In this document: piece after piece, positions 26,859-39,730 of the stretch
Position numbering within the stretch: position 1 is the stretch's first letter
Layout of the letters: each line of letters begins with the position of its first letter
Assembly: GCA_051362555.1 (NCBI GenBank)
Contig: JBPQGU010000016.1
Span: 6,262,001 to 6,326,000 of the forward strand
Length of the DNA: 64,000 nucleotides
DNA from: Lingula anatina
Lineage: Eukaryota > Animalia > Brachiopoda
Direction of reading: 5' to 3'
Made by a program: the position numbers and the translations under genes
Notes under the pieces: model-generated
Database searches by the model: none
The model's input: only the letters and a program-made list of their open reading frames with translations
Told to the model about the DNA's origin: nothing

Positions 26859-27152
26859 CACAATAGCAGTAATTGTAATTGCATTATGGGAATACGCTGA
26901 GCATTGTGACATCAACAATAACAATAACTACAGTTGCATTATGGGAATACATTGAGCATTGTGACATCAACAATTGCAGTTGCATTATGGGAATACATTG
27001 AGCATTATGACATCAACAATAGCAATAATTGCAGTTGCATTATGGGAATACATGAAGCATTTTAACATCAACAACCGCTGCTGATTTTTGGTAAGAGATT
27101 GAACATTGTGACATCAGCAAGTGGTGTTATAATGATATTATTGGGAATACAT
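26859..27152. repeat. 46/55-bp minisatellite, right part
   Basis: Same unit and orientation as 21654-21908, ~4 copies plus a degenerate one. Confidence 0.9.
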
Positions 27153-28343
27153 TGCTTTTTTCACTTGCTCATTATATTATTCAATCAGATGATTTCTTTG
27201 AATTTATTATTTTCTCTGTTTTATGTAGCCATTACCTGCATCTGTTGTTGTTGTCCCCAACATTTTTGTTGTCCCTGTGCACTTTCAGTGTCAACATTCG
27301 TGATATTCAGGCAGAATTCGAAAACCTGCATAATCCCACCAATTTTTCCCCCCACTTTTTTTCAGCATTTATGCAATACAGGCAAGGAAAACTGATAGGC
27401 CTTTTGTTTTCAAACTTACAGGAGTGACCAATGTTACCAGATTACAGGTTGAATCTGAAAATCCAGTTATTCAAACTATTCTTCTGGAAGTTATGCTGAC
27501 ATATTTCTTTCAGTATTTTTTATGCTGTATGCAACACTGACAGCACATTTCAAGGAAAACCAATAATATTGTCTTCAGGAGTGATCAATATTATTTTTAT
27601 GCTTTTTTTGCATGTATTATAATTAGGCTGTACAGATAACACATTTCAAACTTACAGGACTGATTAATAGTATTAATATACAGTCCAAGTCTAAAAATCA
27701 GCTTGATGGGACCATTTTTCCCAAATTTATGTGTTTTTTGTTTTATTTCTCAGCATATACTCTAATTCTGGAACCGTAAATGTTAGAGACCTCTTGTTTT
27801 TTGCATTTTATAGAGCTTGCTTTTTTTTTTTTTTTAATTTTCTATATGATATACGAGTTGTGCTGTATCAAAAAGTACAATGTGGTGGTGAAAATAAAAC
27901 GTGAAATACGGCAATATGCCACAAATTTTGAATGTCGGGAAAAGATAACATAAGGCTTAGTAAAGGACAGACAACTTTCAGTCAAAAATGACAGAATTTC
28001 ATGAAATTCGAATGTCTGGAATTTCTGAGCACCTCCCATTTGATGAATTATGACCAAAAAGATCTTTTGTTATTTTAATTAATATCTTCTTTACAAAATT
28101 CATGGCACATTACTGTAACTCCAAAATTAACAAAGATACACCATTTTACACCTTTGTATCTCCAAAACTGCCAGAGATAGGCCCATAGTTACTATGGTCA
28201 TTATGCTGTTAATTAAGCTTTATGTAATATTGCATCAAAATTGAAGAAATCTCTATTTTAGGCACTGCTTCAATAGTGACCATTTAAGGAAAACCATGTC
28301 ACTAACCCTTCTCAATCTTACAGGATTAAAAACACAAGGCTTA

Positions 28344-28557
28344 GGGCATATTCCCATAGATTTTAGATCGATCTATCCCCATGGGGAGTCCCACTAGATT
28401 ACTGTCAGATAATCCGGCTTGAATGTCCGTCCCGCCTACTACAAGCTGTAAGGGGTAATTAATTTTTGTGCCTGCTTGCCTGACAGCTATTTAGCGTGAA
28501 CCCCCAGGGAGTTAGGTCGATCTAGTTTGGATCAATCTAATCTCTGGGAATGGGGTC
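28344..28557. mobile_element. Family A MITE with TTA target duplication
   Basis: tta|gggcatattcccataga ... tctctgggaatggggtc|tta. Confidence 0.8.
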
Positions 28558-29698
28558 TTAAATACAGCTTTGGAAAACAAGTCTGATTGGTTGATTTTTC
28601 TGGAAGTAATACAGGTTTTTGTTTTCACATATTGATATTTTCAAGGTGTGACTTTGAACCTCCATGGGCTTGAAGACCTTTGCTAGTAACATTTTCTGAA
28701 TATCCATGATTCTTTTATTTTATCATTAAAATTGCTGGTCATTATGCTGTTAAGCTTTATGTAATATTGCATAAAAGTTGAAAAATAAAACTATTTTGGA
28801 CACTGCTGCCTGGATGACCTTTAAGAGAAATAGAAATATTACTTATTACCCTCTACCAGGGCCACAGATTGATTTTCCACTAGATATTAAGAGAGTCTCT
28901 AGTTAAATAGATGGCTAATCTCTGTACTGTCATCCTGTGCTGAAATCTCTTGAGGATGATTACATGGCGGGTAATTGTTTGCATAACAACGGTAAAGTCT
29001 TGAAAATTTCATCGCTTAATAATTAATTATTTTTTTAAATTGCATTAATCCGATGATTGTTTTCAAAATTACGCATCCCCAACTTCTGGGTGTGATGAAA
29101 TTTTCAAAACCCCGACTTTCTAGCTTTTATTCTTATCGGCATTTATCCTTGTTCCTCTGATATTGTGGGATATTTGCCTCTTCCAAGGACAATATCTGGT
29201 TGTAAATAATTGTTTTTTTAGTGCATCTTGATTTTGTTATGTTGACTTACCCAGAAAGAAGGTTGAGAATTGTCTTTACTCTCCAGATAGAGGAGAGGGA
29301 TCAAGATAAGCCTAATTGCAATCTTACATTGCCTGGATGCAGCATATATCAAACATTATACATTTAAATAGTAACGTATAATGCATGCTAATTAAGCAGA
29401 AGTCATGGTAAATGAAAACAAACAACGTAATAAATTCAATACATAAGTTTTATTAAGCACATAACTTACTAACGCTGATATGTTCCTACGTTGGGTCAAG
29501 GCTTTCGTTGATTTTACATTAATTCAAACAGTGCATTAAGAGAGGAGACTGGACGAATTCCTACTCTCATAGAGATTAATACACTATTTAATAAAATTTT
29601 GCTCAAAATATTACATTGGCCTTAAAACGATTCATCAAAAGTTTACTTTCATTATGAGATGTCAAGTATCTGTCTCTCAGTAACTTTTATTTTCCTTA

Positions 29699-30387
29699 TG
29701 CCTCTATTTCACACAGACCAGGAATCCCACGAATCGCCATGAATTGACAAATTTCAGGATTCGTGGTTGAATTGTAATCAGTTCGTGAAGTTCTTAACAG
29801 ATTCGTATATATTTGTAGTCAGTTCTTGCAATTCTTGACCAACAGGAAAACATGGCAAAAACTTTGATGCCCCTATTTCACACAGACCACGAATCCCACG
29901 AATTGCCAGGATTGACAAATTTCAGGATTCGTGGTTGAATCGTAATCAGTTCATGAAGTCCTTAACTGATTCTTATATAATCGTAGTCAGTTCTTGCAAT
30001 TCTTGATCAATCGGGAATTTGTGGCAAAATTTTTGAGCTGTTCAAAATTGAGGCCACGAACTCCCGATTCCAAAATAACGTAGTGAATTTCTGGACAATA
30101 TTCGTGCAATTCCAGCCAAATCCCACGAATATTTGTAACACTATCGAACCTGTATCATAACTGAATCGTAGAGCGTGTCAAATTAGACCAGAAAATTTAC
30201 AAAATCTCACGATTCCAGCCAAATCCCATGAATATTCGTAACACTATCGTACCTGTATCATAACTGAATCGTAGAGCGTGTCGAATTAGACCAAAAAATT
30301 GGCAAAAACTCACGAATCCTCACAAATCCTGAAATTTGTCAATTCCTGGCGATTTGTGGGATTCGTGGTCTGTGTGAAATAGGGGCA
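29699..30387. mobile_element. PIF/Harbinger-like MITE with duplicated left end
   Basis: TTA TSD; TIR tgcccctatttcacacagaccacgaatcc; left ~169 bp present twice (29699, 29868). Confidence 0.8.
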
Positions 30388-30439
30388 TTATGAAATTGGT
30401 GCTTCAGTCACAGATCTCTGAAAGGATCCTCAGTATCAG

Positions 30440-32085
30440 CTCTCGTGTCAGAGAATCCCAAAAAGTCACCCTCCTCATCACTGGTAAACAAATCATCTGG
30501 GACATCATTGGTTGGAGAAGATCTCTCCCCCTTTAGCGCGCTCGTGATCCCAGTGGTTTGAAATGACTTGACGACCATTTCACGGCTAACTTTGCTTCAT
30601 GTTGACACCACCCACACAACAACGTCCTCTTTACTGGCCGTTGGCAATTTATCAAACTTCCCCTTTGCTTCCATGGCTGCCCGTCGCATATGCTCCGTCC
30701 ACACTTTTCTCAGGTGTACCTTGAATAGCTATTCAAGGACACATCTAGGGGCTGGGCCTTGGATGTACACACCCCAGGGATGACAGCCATGGTTGCATTG
30801 GCTTTGTGTGCCACCTTCCTCTCTGTTGTGTGTGCAGAAAATGCATCAAGGATTAATAGGGTTGGTCGTCCATGTAGGGCCGCAGGATGTGTTTGAGCCA
30901 CTTGATCATGAGGTCCTCGGTCATCCAACCCCTTGGGATTTACTTCAACCATCCACCCTGGAGGACACTCCAGGGATAGCTGATGTGATCCTGAAAAATA
31001 GATAACATTAAATTTAATAACTGGTAAAATATGGTGGATATTGCTTTGCTTAGAAATATATTGTTAATAATTACTTTAACAGTGGTGTACAGTTTACTTT
31101 TGTACTAACTTGATTAGGTGGTACATTTTACAGAAACGCTATTTATTCATAAATTTAAAAAAACTCTTAAATACAATACATTTGATACCGTTGAAAATTA
31201 CCATTGATGGTAATTTAGCGCCGTCAGCAGCTACTGCCTGCACTACAGTGAAGTGCCTCTTCTCGGCTCCAGTGGTTAAGATGCGGACATCTTTCATTCC
31301 TTTTTTGTGTATGGTCCTCTCGGGCACCAGATCAAAAGTCATAGGAACCTCATCCATGTTGATAATAAATTGGGTGTCAAATTCATTCTTCTTCGTTCAT
31401 CTCCCCAAGATGAGAGTAGAACACCTCCAGTCTGTCCTCAAGGTCGCTGGGTAAACACTGGCTCTCGGTGGTCCTGGAGATTAAACGTTGTCTTTTTAAG
31501 AAGTTTGTAGCCCACCCCTTGGAAGCATTGAAGTCAACTTCTAATGTTTCTGCCAATGAGAAAGCATGAGCACATGCTCTACTGTCACTGGCAATTGGAG
31601 GTCTCTCTGCTCCAAGACCCAACTTAAAATGTCCTCCTCGGTGCTATTTCCAAGAAGGTCGACATGCTCTCCTGCTGCCTTCCTTCCTGCCTGCATCATT
31701 TCTCGGGACCTCAAGGGCTAGTTCTTTCTTCCACTTGCTGACAGTTGTGCGTGGGATGCTTAGGGATTTTGCTATGGATGTTATTCCATGTAAGGATGCT
31801 AGGTCTACCACTTCTTTTTTCTCTGCCAAGGAATATGATTTATATTTCCCCCGTTTAGCAGGTATGGTGTTGGTGTCAAGTTCAAGATCATCTCGTCTCC
31901 GCTTAAGAACGATACGCTCCCCAGAGAGCAAGAGTGAGCCATCTGTTTTGTAGCAGTCTTCTTCGGCCTACCAACGAGACGTTTGGCAGGTGCTCTTGGA
32001 AGCGGCTCCTCCAGCCAACACCGCAGCACGGTGTGTTTGATGACGGTAGTCTTAGAGAAAAAATCTTTAATGTTGTGCTGCACAG
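30440..32085 (-). pseudogene. pogo-family transposase (HTH, CENP-B-type HTH, DDE_1), frameshifted, one intron at 30991-31188
   Basis: YKSYSLAEKKEVV...IPRTTVSKWKK; FNASKGWATNFLKR; NMDEVPMTFD; KGWMTEDLMIKWL; LLILDAFSAH; IPGVCTSKAQPLDVSLN. Confidence 0.85.
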
Positions 32086-32413
32086 TGACAGTGTCTTATG
32101 CATCTCCAAATTTTACCACCTTCTTATATACCCACATGCAAATGACACGTGGCAGCCAGCTTAATCTGAGGTGTAAGAAACAAACCGTATTGATGTTTTC
32201 ATCAAAAGTTTTAATCGCAACACTGATCAATTAAGCACTGTTATGAGCCGCGTCAGTGATTACTCTGTAACATGGATAACATTACAGGTAAGACATGCCA
32301 CGACCAGCTTAATCTGCTGTGTAATAAACAAGCCGCATTGAAGATTTTTATCGAACATTTTAATCATGATGCTCATCAAGCAAATGTGCTTTGCCATGTC
32401 AGCTGTTAGTGTT

Positions 32414-32585
32414 CAGGCCCATAGCCGGGGGGGGGGGGTTCGGGGGGTTCGAAAGAACCGCCCCTTTGGCTGGGAAAAGGTCCACTCTGGGTAAAATTTG
32501 ATCTTGGTACATGAAGTTTTTATGGGAAAAGTTCCACTTTTTCAGAAAAAAAACTCCCCTTTTGAAATTGCTGGCTACGGGCCTG
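32414..32585. mobile_element. hAT5-like MITE (family C)
   Basis: TIR caggccc(a/g)tagcc...ggctacgggcctg; 5-bp TSD gtgtt; inverted copy at 53480-53649. Confidence 0.8.
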
Positions 32586-34697
32586 GTGTTGATAGCATCA
32601 CAGGTAAGTTACCGCAAATGAGCTAGGTAATCGTAACAGCTTAATGGACATGAATAGATGCTACGGATGCATTTCCCTTCTAGATAATTAGAAGTTGACT
32701 TTTCATTGTATCTTCCTCATTTAGCACAACCATTGATAACATTGAAAGTGTCACTACTGACAAAGAGTCATGGTACATGACTTCTATTTACCATTTTCAA
32801 GACGCACCTGGTGTAACCCTGTGTATGTGCTAGGTAATAATAGGCCTAATGCCACAAAAGACAAATATATTGTTCTTATCTCTTACTGAAAGTGTTATCG
32901 TCAATGTTATCCTGAGCGTCTTGAATGAACTGACACATGCGTATTACCTTCATGGACAACACGGCCATGTTGGGTGACGAACTTTTCAAAATTAACGTGA
33001 GGGGCCATTTTCACATACGACGAAATTTTTAAAGGCAAAAAAATTACGTCAGCGGAAAATCGTAGTCCGACGAAATTTTCAAGAACGACAACATTTTCAA
33101 GACTTTACCAAACTCAAGTCCCTGCCAAGTCCCCTTGACAGTAATCAAGACAGTTAACTGCTCATCTGTGACAATAAAAACAGCCCCTTAGCAGACAGAC
33201 AACACAAGGCAGGTTGCATAACAAGTGGTAATCACATTGATGTGAAGCCCAGCTCTCACTGAGCTCCTGCAGAGCAGGTACAATGCTATCTGCGTGCGTG
33301 CATATTTAATTGCTCCCATCTGGCCAAACGTTAAAGGGTCACCTCAGCAAAAATGTCCACAAAATAATAACTGCGGCCCTGGTAGAGGATAGATACTTAT
33401 GATTCTCAAACTGTCTGAAAAGATTCATTGGACTGAAGCGCAGCTTGTGTTGGAAAATCAGTTTGATTGTTTTCTGTTTCGGAAGCAATGTAGTTCTTTA
33501 TGAATTTTTTATTTCTTACACAGTCCTTGGTGTTATATGGATACAATGGATGGTCAGTCTGTAATTGTCCCTTGTGTAATCACTAGCATTCAGAAAGATT
33601 AGGTCACTTGCCTAATTAAGTTTCAAGATGCCATGAAATGAGATAACATAAAACACACTTGTTGAGATTTCCATAGGTTTAGCTCTCTGCCAGATACAGT
33701 TTGTAAAAGCCTAAATTAACAGTGTCACATAATTAGGAATCAGTGATAATTATATGCAGGTAAATGTTGTTTAATATTGCATAAGTGCTATAGATAAATA
33801 ACAGTGCCTGATTATCCTCAAACTCATTGGGGTTATTTATATCATGTTAATACAGCTAGATTAAAAGTTTGAATAGCAGCCTTATTGGAATATTTTTTAT
33901 GTTTTCTATTTTTATTTTTTTCAAACGCTGGCATGTCAAGGTGTGACTTCTTACTCCCATCCACCTGAAGCTATGTACATTTTCTGTATTTCCACACAGG
34001 AAATTGTATTGGTGTTTATGTCTTTAAACATTATGTAATATTATTTTATGCACTGTCATCATTTTTCACATATTTGGATTTTCATTATGTGAATTTGAAC
34101 TCTCATGTTCTTTAAACTCTAATTTTATTGACCATATTACCTTTAGTGCATGATTAAAATTCAGTGTTTATTGGCTGTGCTGTTATTTCAAAATTATTTA
34201 TTTTTGCATTAAAATTGACAAAATGACCTATTTTCTGCTTTTTGCCTGTACATTTGACAGCTTTGTTGCCTTGTTTTTGTCTTGCTTTCCATACGAATGC
34301 ACTTACTCCAGCTGGTGGTACAATATCCGTAGTCAGTATCATCTCTCTGATCCTCTAGTAGGGTACTTGACTTTTGCTTAAAATGCTTTGCCCTTTTGTA
34401 TGTACTGTATTTGGTGGAAATAAGTTATTTTGCAAGGCTGGGAAATTTACTAGCATGGCCTCTGAAGTTGACTTATGAGAATATATGTTAGAGAAAAATG
34501 AAAGCTCATTGATATATTCTGATCAAGTAAAACATGTTAATTCACGGGTTAAGTCTGGTGGGGTAAAGGGAACACAATATCCCACAGGTCCTGGGGTCTG
34601 ATGGCTTAAAGTTTAAAATGAGTGATTATTGGAAGATGGACAGCAAAAACATTTTCATTATTAATTTACTCATAAGATTTCAGAAATAAAACAGTCG

Positions 34698-34719
34698 CAC
34701 ACAAACACACACACTCAGT

Positions 34720-34757
<38 letters not shown>

Positions 34758-34980
34758 ACACACACACACATGTACACACGTACACACATATATACCCACA
34801 TGCACAAACACTTGTTACACACATACACATGTACATTATTATTACACACACACACGTACAAACACACATGTATACACATACATACACACACATGTATACA
34901 CACGTACACATACACATGTACACACACACACACACACACACATACTGTACACACACACATGTACACACACTTACGTACAC
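34698..34980. repeat. Degenerate (CA)n-rich microsatellite
   Basis: Visible CA/TA dinucleotide runs; source of the spurious Cys/Val-rich ORFs. Confidence 0.95.
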
Positions 34981-36003
34981 CATTGCTACATTCTAACAGA
35001 TACCTTAGCTTTGTAAATTCTTATGATATATAAGTTCCCTTTCTTTTAATTTTTATGAAAATTGGCTAAATGTATGATTTTAATGTAGTCATTTATATAT
35101 TTTCAGGCTGCAATGTTTCATAAGTCCATAATTAAGAAGACATTCCCTCTGATTGGCCAGTGGTAGCCATGAAGGCTTCTTAATAGCAAAGATAAGGAAA
35201 CCATGTGATTAACAGAAAAAATGGAAGCTAGTGGCATATACATAATTGCATAATGTTACTGTAAGACAACTCCTCACTGTCAGCTAAACATTTTTAAATA
35301 TTAGTATATAGAAATGAAATCTATTCTTTCAGAAAAATTGTGAAATAGTTATTCCATTTATTGACTGAGCCAGTTGATAATGATTTATTTTGTAAAAATG
35401 TATATTAAATAAATTGTTGGATAATTTTCCCAAATTCATGACTTATTTAAATGAAAACAATTATTAATTTCAAAAATTGGTATAAAATCTGTAGGTATCA
35501 TTATGTGGATATAAAGAAGGGTTGTGTGGTGATCCTCTTTAATACAGAGTTTAAAGACCTAGATGATGTCAACACTGGATAGGTGTTTATGCAGGTGAGT
35601 CAAGAGTTTGCAAAAACAGTAAGCATTGCCCTCTTTTTTATCACTTTGAAATTAGTTTAGATGAATTCCTGCTTTAAAATGGCAACTCCATTGCACATCT
35701 TAAATTGTTTTATATTTATAGAAAAGATCCAAAGAACAGCTTAACTTCTGAGTTATTACCATAATTGATTCCATTATTTCTAAATGATATACAATTATTT
35801 TTAGTTCATAACACATCTATGCCTTTTTTTATTGTAAATATACACTCTCAGATAAAACTAGCGCTTAGTCTAATAACTTCATTTTTAATATTTATTCACT
35901 TAAACCTCTCTCCATAGAGCACTCAAACATTTTTATTGTCATGGCCATATTGTCAAGGTACCCCAGATAGGTACATGTACTGGTACAGGCATGTCATGTC
36001 CTA

Positions 36004-36240
36004 GGGAACATTCCCAGACCCTATCATTCTAACTGTGGATCTCCAAGGGGATTCTCACTAAATTGCAATCAACTTCAGCAGCTTAGATGTCTGTCATGCC
36101 TACTGGACATGTTAGGGGGTAATTATCATTTAACAGCTTCAGTAGGCATCCCAGACATCTAAGCCGCTTAAGCTGAAAGCAATTGAGCGAGAAACCCATT
36201 GGAGATCATGTTAGATCAGTCTAGGTATGGGAACCCAGTC
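36004..36240. mobile_element. Family A MITE (diverged)
   Basis: Ends gtatgggaacccagtc|ttaa, the reverse complement of the start of the 453 copy. Confidence 0.7.
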
Positions 36241-36758
36241 TTAATATTTGCTATGGCTAAAGGTTGATGTACTAATAGATAACATTTTCTACTATAACGT
36301 GAATTAATATTATGTGAATCAATATTATATAAACTATTTGGACAGACCATACCTGTTGAGGTGAAAATATCTGATTTTTTAAAAGAATTTTACAACTCAT
36401 GTGTCACCTCTCTTGTCTATAGATGCCATTGAATCTGCTTCATACAGTGTAGAAGATATTTGTTAGACAGGCACTGTCTTTGTGTCTATATATATTCTGA
36501 TCTCTATGGGCTCATTCTCACAGACACCATAGGTCAACTTAGAGTGATCCAACTCTGTGCTTGGACTCTCGCCAAGTGCAATCAGCTTAATTGAATGACA
36601 CGCCTCATTGAATAGAATACAAAATAGCTGCTGATTATGCAAGTATTATGTTGGAAACAAGAGGAGGCATGTCATTCACTTATGCTGTTTGCACTCAGAA
36701 AGTCCCTGCAAATCTACGATCGAGGCAGATTTGTTGTTTAGTTGTTTTTTCACTTCAG

Positions 36759-36918
36759 AATTTTTGCACAATTCTTCTGGAAGAAGTTAGCAAGGACCAG
36801 AACTTGTGGGTGGTTACTGAGACTCTGGACACCATTGTTGATCATCTGTACCTGTGGTCATGGATATCAGGGTAACAGACATACTCCAGACCATATGGTA
36901 CCACAGCTGACAGCTGAG
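36759..36918 (+). pseudogene. Decayed exon resembling the C-terminal HEAT repeats of HEATR3/Syo1
   Basis: Acceptor ttttttcacttcag, then NFCTILLEEVSKDQNLWVVTETLDTIVDHL/PVVMDI.VTDILQT/MVPQLTAE with frameshifts; resembles recalled HEATR3 motif LLEV..KD..L.V..EALD...D. Confidence 0.4.
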
Positions 36919-38572
36919 AAAAAACTGCTCCCTGTGGTTTTATTTATTTATTTATTTATTTATTTTTATCAAAACAACTAAAGACCTATATCAGCAGTAG
37001 TTGCGTAGTGAACAATATAAAAAAGCATCACGTTTTGCTTACTAAAATGATTCCTGCAGTTGGGTATTTAATATATTCTTTTACAGTGTAATAATATCTT
37101 TATTTCAAGACATATTGATCAATTAAAGCAATGGGTATCTTCTGAAAGAATATTGTGAAATTTTTCCAGATTCATCAACAGAAAAGCAGCCTGGGAGCCC
37201 ACCTTTCTATCATCATGACAGCAAGGACAAATCTGGTTCAGTTCATCAAATACCGTGTACAAGTATTGACTAGTATCTAGGCATGATCTAGGAGGAGCGA
37301 CCTATCTCCGAGGGAATTCTCACTAAATTTGAGTTCAGATCAAGATGCTTAGATTTCTGGCACACCTACTGAACTTTACGTCAATCGAAATCAAGTGAAG
37401 TTCAATGCGTTTAATTCTGAAAAATAAAAGATAATATACATATTGTAAACGTTGTTGTGAAAAACTCAAAAACTGGAAACAACTCAAAAACTGGATTAGG
37501 GAAGAAAGGGAAGCCAATGTTCAGATTTACACATCAGATGTTATTCTTGGAAAGTAAATCTAATTTCTGAGGTAAAATAATACATTTACAGAAAATAAAA
37601 AAATGGAGGGCATCCGTAATCCAGGGACATCGATTTTTTTCTGAACTAAAAAATAATGCTTTGCTTGTCTTTGTATTTCTTTTACACAGTAGTTTAACAT
37701 GTAGCACGCAATAAAGTGACATGGTAGAACAAATATACGGATATGTATGTATGCGTATGTTTTTGAGAAATGTGTATGTGAGAAGTGATTTGTATTGTAT
37801 TGTACATTGTAATGTTTATTTCTTCAGTCTAATTAGAGAAAATATACATACAATTCTTAGAGAATGTACGCATCTGATTCTATTTTGAAATATACATCTT
37901 TAATAAACCGTACATAGAATACATTGATCATATGTTACTGAAATAACTACTGTCTCTAAGTCAGTAATTAAACTCATCATAGGCATCTGTAAGAAGCAGG
38001 CCTACGGGAACGAGATGTGTAATTTAAACAAATCTGCAGATTGTTACTTTTCATGAAATTTTTATTTGCAATTTATTCGAAATGTTTGCACACACTTATA
38101 GAGAAGTATACGGCTACCAGGGTGGTATTATTGGTTGGTGGATTGAGGGGGGTATAGAGTTCGAGGCCTATCTTGGCATGCCTATAGCTTAAATGGATAA
38201 TAACTCTTTGTATGAGATCTATATTTCACAATAAAAACATTGTAAACAACTCGTAGAAGCATAATATATTCTGTTTTACCACAAAAACGGCAGTTATAAC
38301 AATTATTCTGATATATGAGCTTGTCATTGGACCACGTGACAGTCTATACTATACTAGTCTATTGCTATACTCTGTAAAAATCTCTTAGGAGATTGTTGCA
38401 AAAAAAAAACAAACTTTTTACAAAAAAAAAAAAAAAAAAAAACCCAAAAAAAAACAGAGACCAACTTTGAATGTAGAAATGTATTCATTAACCATTGGTA
38501 AGTATGGGAAAATTGTTGTTTACTCCAGGTAAATCCATTATTTGGCCAAAACGAAAAGTTATCTCTTTAAGT

Positions 38573-38770
38573 GCACCCCTCTGTGGTTAAGGGGTACAGT
38601 GGTCGCCTGCTTCACGGATTAGATTCCTGACACATTTAGAAAACATGAGATGAGTTCTGTCTTGAGAAATGTATTATTCTTTACATCATGTACTTTCAAA
38701 GGGAAGACATTTTAAGCTTACGGCAGCTGTAGACAATATGTCTACCATAAAATTACTGAGATCTCTAACA
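38573..38770 (+). mobile_element. Diverged second copy of the tRNA-Gly-type SINE
   Basis: Shares ctgtctt.agaaa.gtatt and tacggcagct.t.ga blocks with 15170-15270. Confidence 0.45.
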
Positions 38771-39326
38771 GTAGGGCCGTTCAATTGATTTTGTTTGGTC
38801 ATCTCCTAAAAGTCCAGCTTGGGGCGTTTTATGTTTATCTTGTTTTTTTTTTCTAACTAGTGAAATGAAATAAAAATTAATTCAGCCAATAAAAATATTG
38901 AGACATAAAACTAAATATTATAATATTTATAAGCTAGGCTTAAAAGTGGAATTAATATTACATACTTAGAGAGGCAAAAACTACTTTAAAACGTTTACTG
39001 CCCTTGAAATCAGCATTCTAATATTGAGAAATGAAAAAGAGAATTTGCTGAATGGGTTGGATCCCCATAATTCGTTTTGTTGTTTTCTTCATTCTGTCTT
39101 TCATGATACCATCCAGTTGGCGGAGATCTCTCCCAATTTTTTTTTTCTGTCGGTGTTAATAACATTGAGTTTTTTTTTTTTTTTTGCCGTTCCTCCACTG
39201 TAGGCCTGAAACACCAGGTGCTCAAATACTTTCAATAATGCATGTGCAAAAGTTCATTAAAACCGGATCATTGTCTTTAAAAGTTGCAAGTGACCAAAAA
39301 AAGCGCCGTCTTTGTCAAAAGTAAAT

Positions 39327-39730
39327 TTACTCTTCATGTGAATTCCCAGGACCACTGGAACGAAGAGTTCTAAGAGAAGTTAAAAGTTCTATTATATTGT
39401 TCATATAAAATGGACAGTCGCAGAGAACTGGTGTGATGTGGTCGGATTTCTGGGTTTTACGAAGGAGATGAGCTGCTGAATTATGAATAGACTGAAGTTT
39501 TTTTTCAATTTGACAGTTAGGTAATACGAACAAGAGGCTGTTGCAGTAATCGAGTCTAGAGGTCACAAATGCATGGATGAGTAGATCTGTTTGCTTGCTG
39601 TCAATAAGGTGAAGAATCATAGAAATTCGTTGCAGACTAAAATATGATGATTTACACACTTTGTTAATGTGTGATATCATGTCACATTTGTTGTTGAAAA
39701 AATTACACCCAGGTTTCTAACTTCTGTGCC
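39327..39730 (-). mobile_element. L2/CR1-group LINE ORF2 C-terminal fragment
   Basis: EVRNLGVI...HINKVCKSSYFSL...LIHAFVTSRLDYCNSLL...LQSIHNSAA...DHITPVL. Confidence 0.85.

Larger units (their letters stand above)
28991..33109 (-). mobile_element. pogo/Tigger-like DNA transposon (decayed autonomous copy)
   Basis: Perfect 17-bp IRs ggtaaagtcttgaaaat / attttcaagactttacc, subterminal cgacgaaatttt repeats, enclosing the DDE transposase pseudogene. Confidence 0.7.
27220..34275 (+). mobile_element. Old, diverged HINE family B copy fragmented by nested insertions
   Basis: Degenerate 5' part at 27220-27740, internal units at 28195-28825, 3' end tgcctgtacatttgacagctttgttgccttgtt at ~34242-34275. Confidence 0.6.

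Noticed and set aside
21150-27152. Repeat array next to a reverse transcriptase read as a CRISPR-like or retron-like system
   Set aside because: Units are head-to-tail with no unique spacers (only a 9-bp length variant), no cas genes are present, and the RT is a eukaryotic non-LTR type
34666-35033. Cys/Val- and His/Thr-rich ORFs
   Set aside because: Translations of a (CA/TG)n microsatellite
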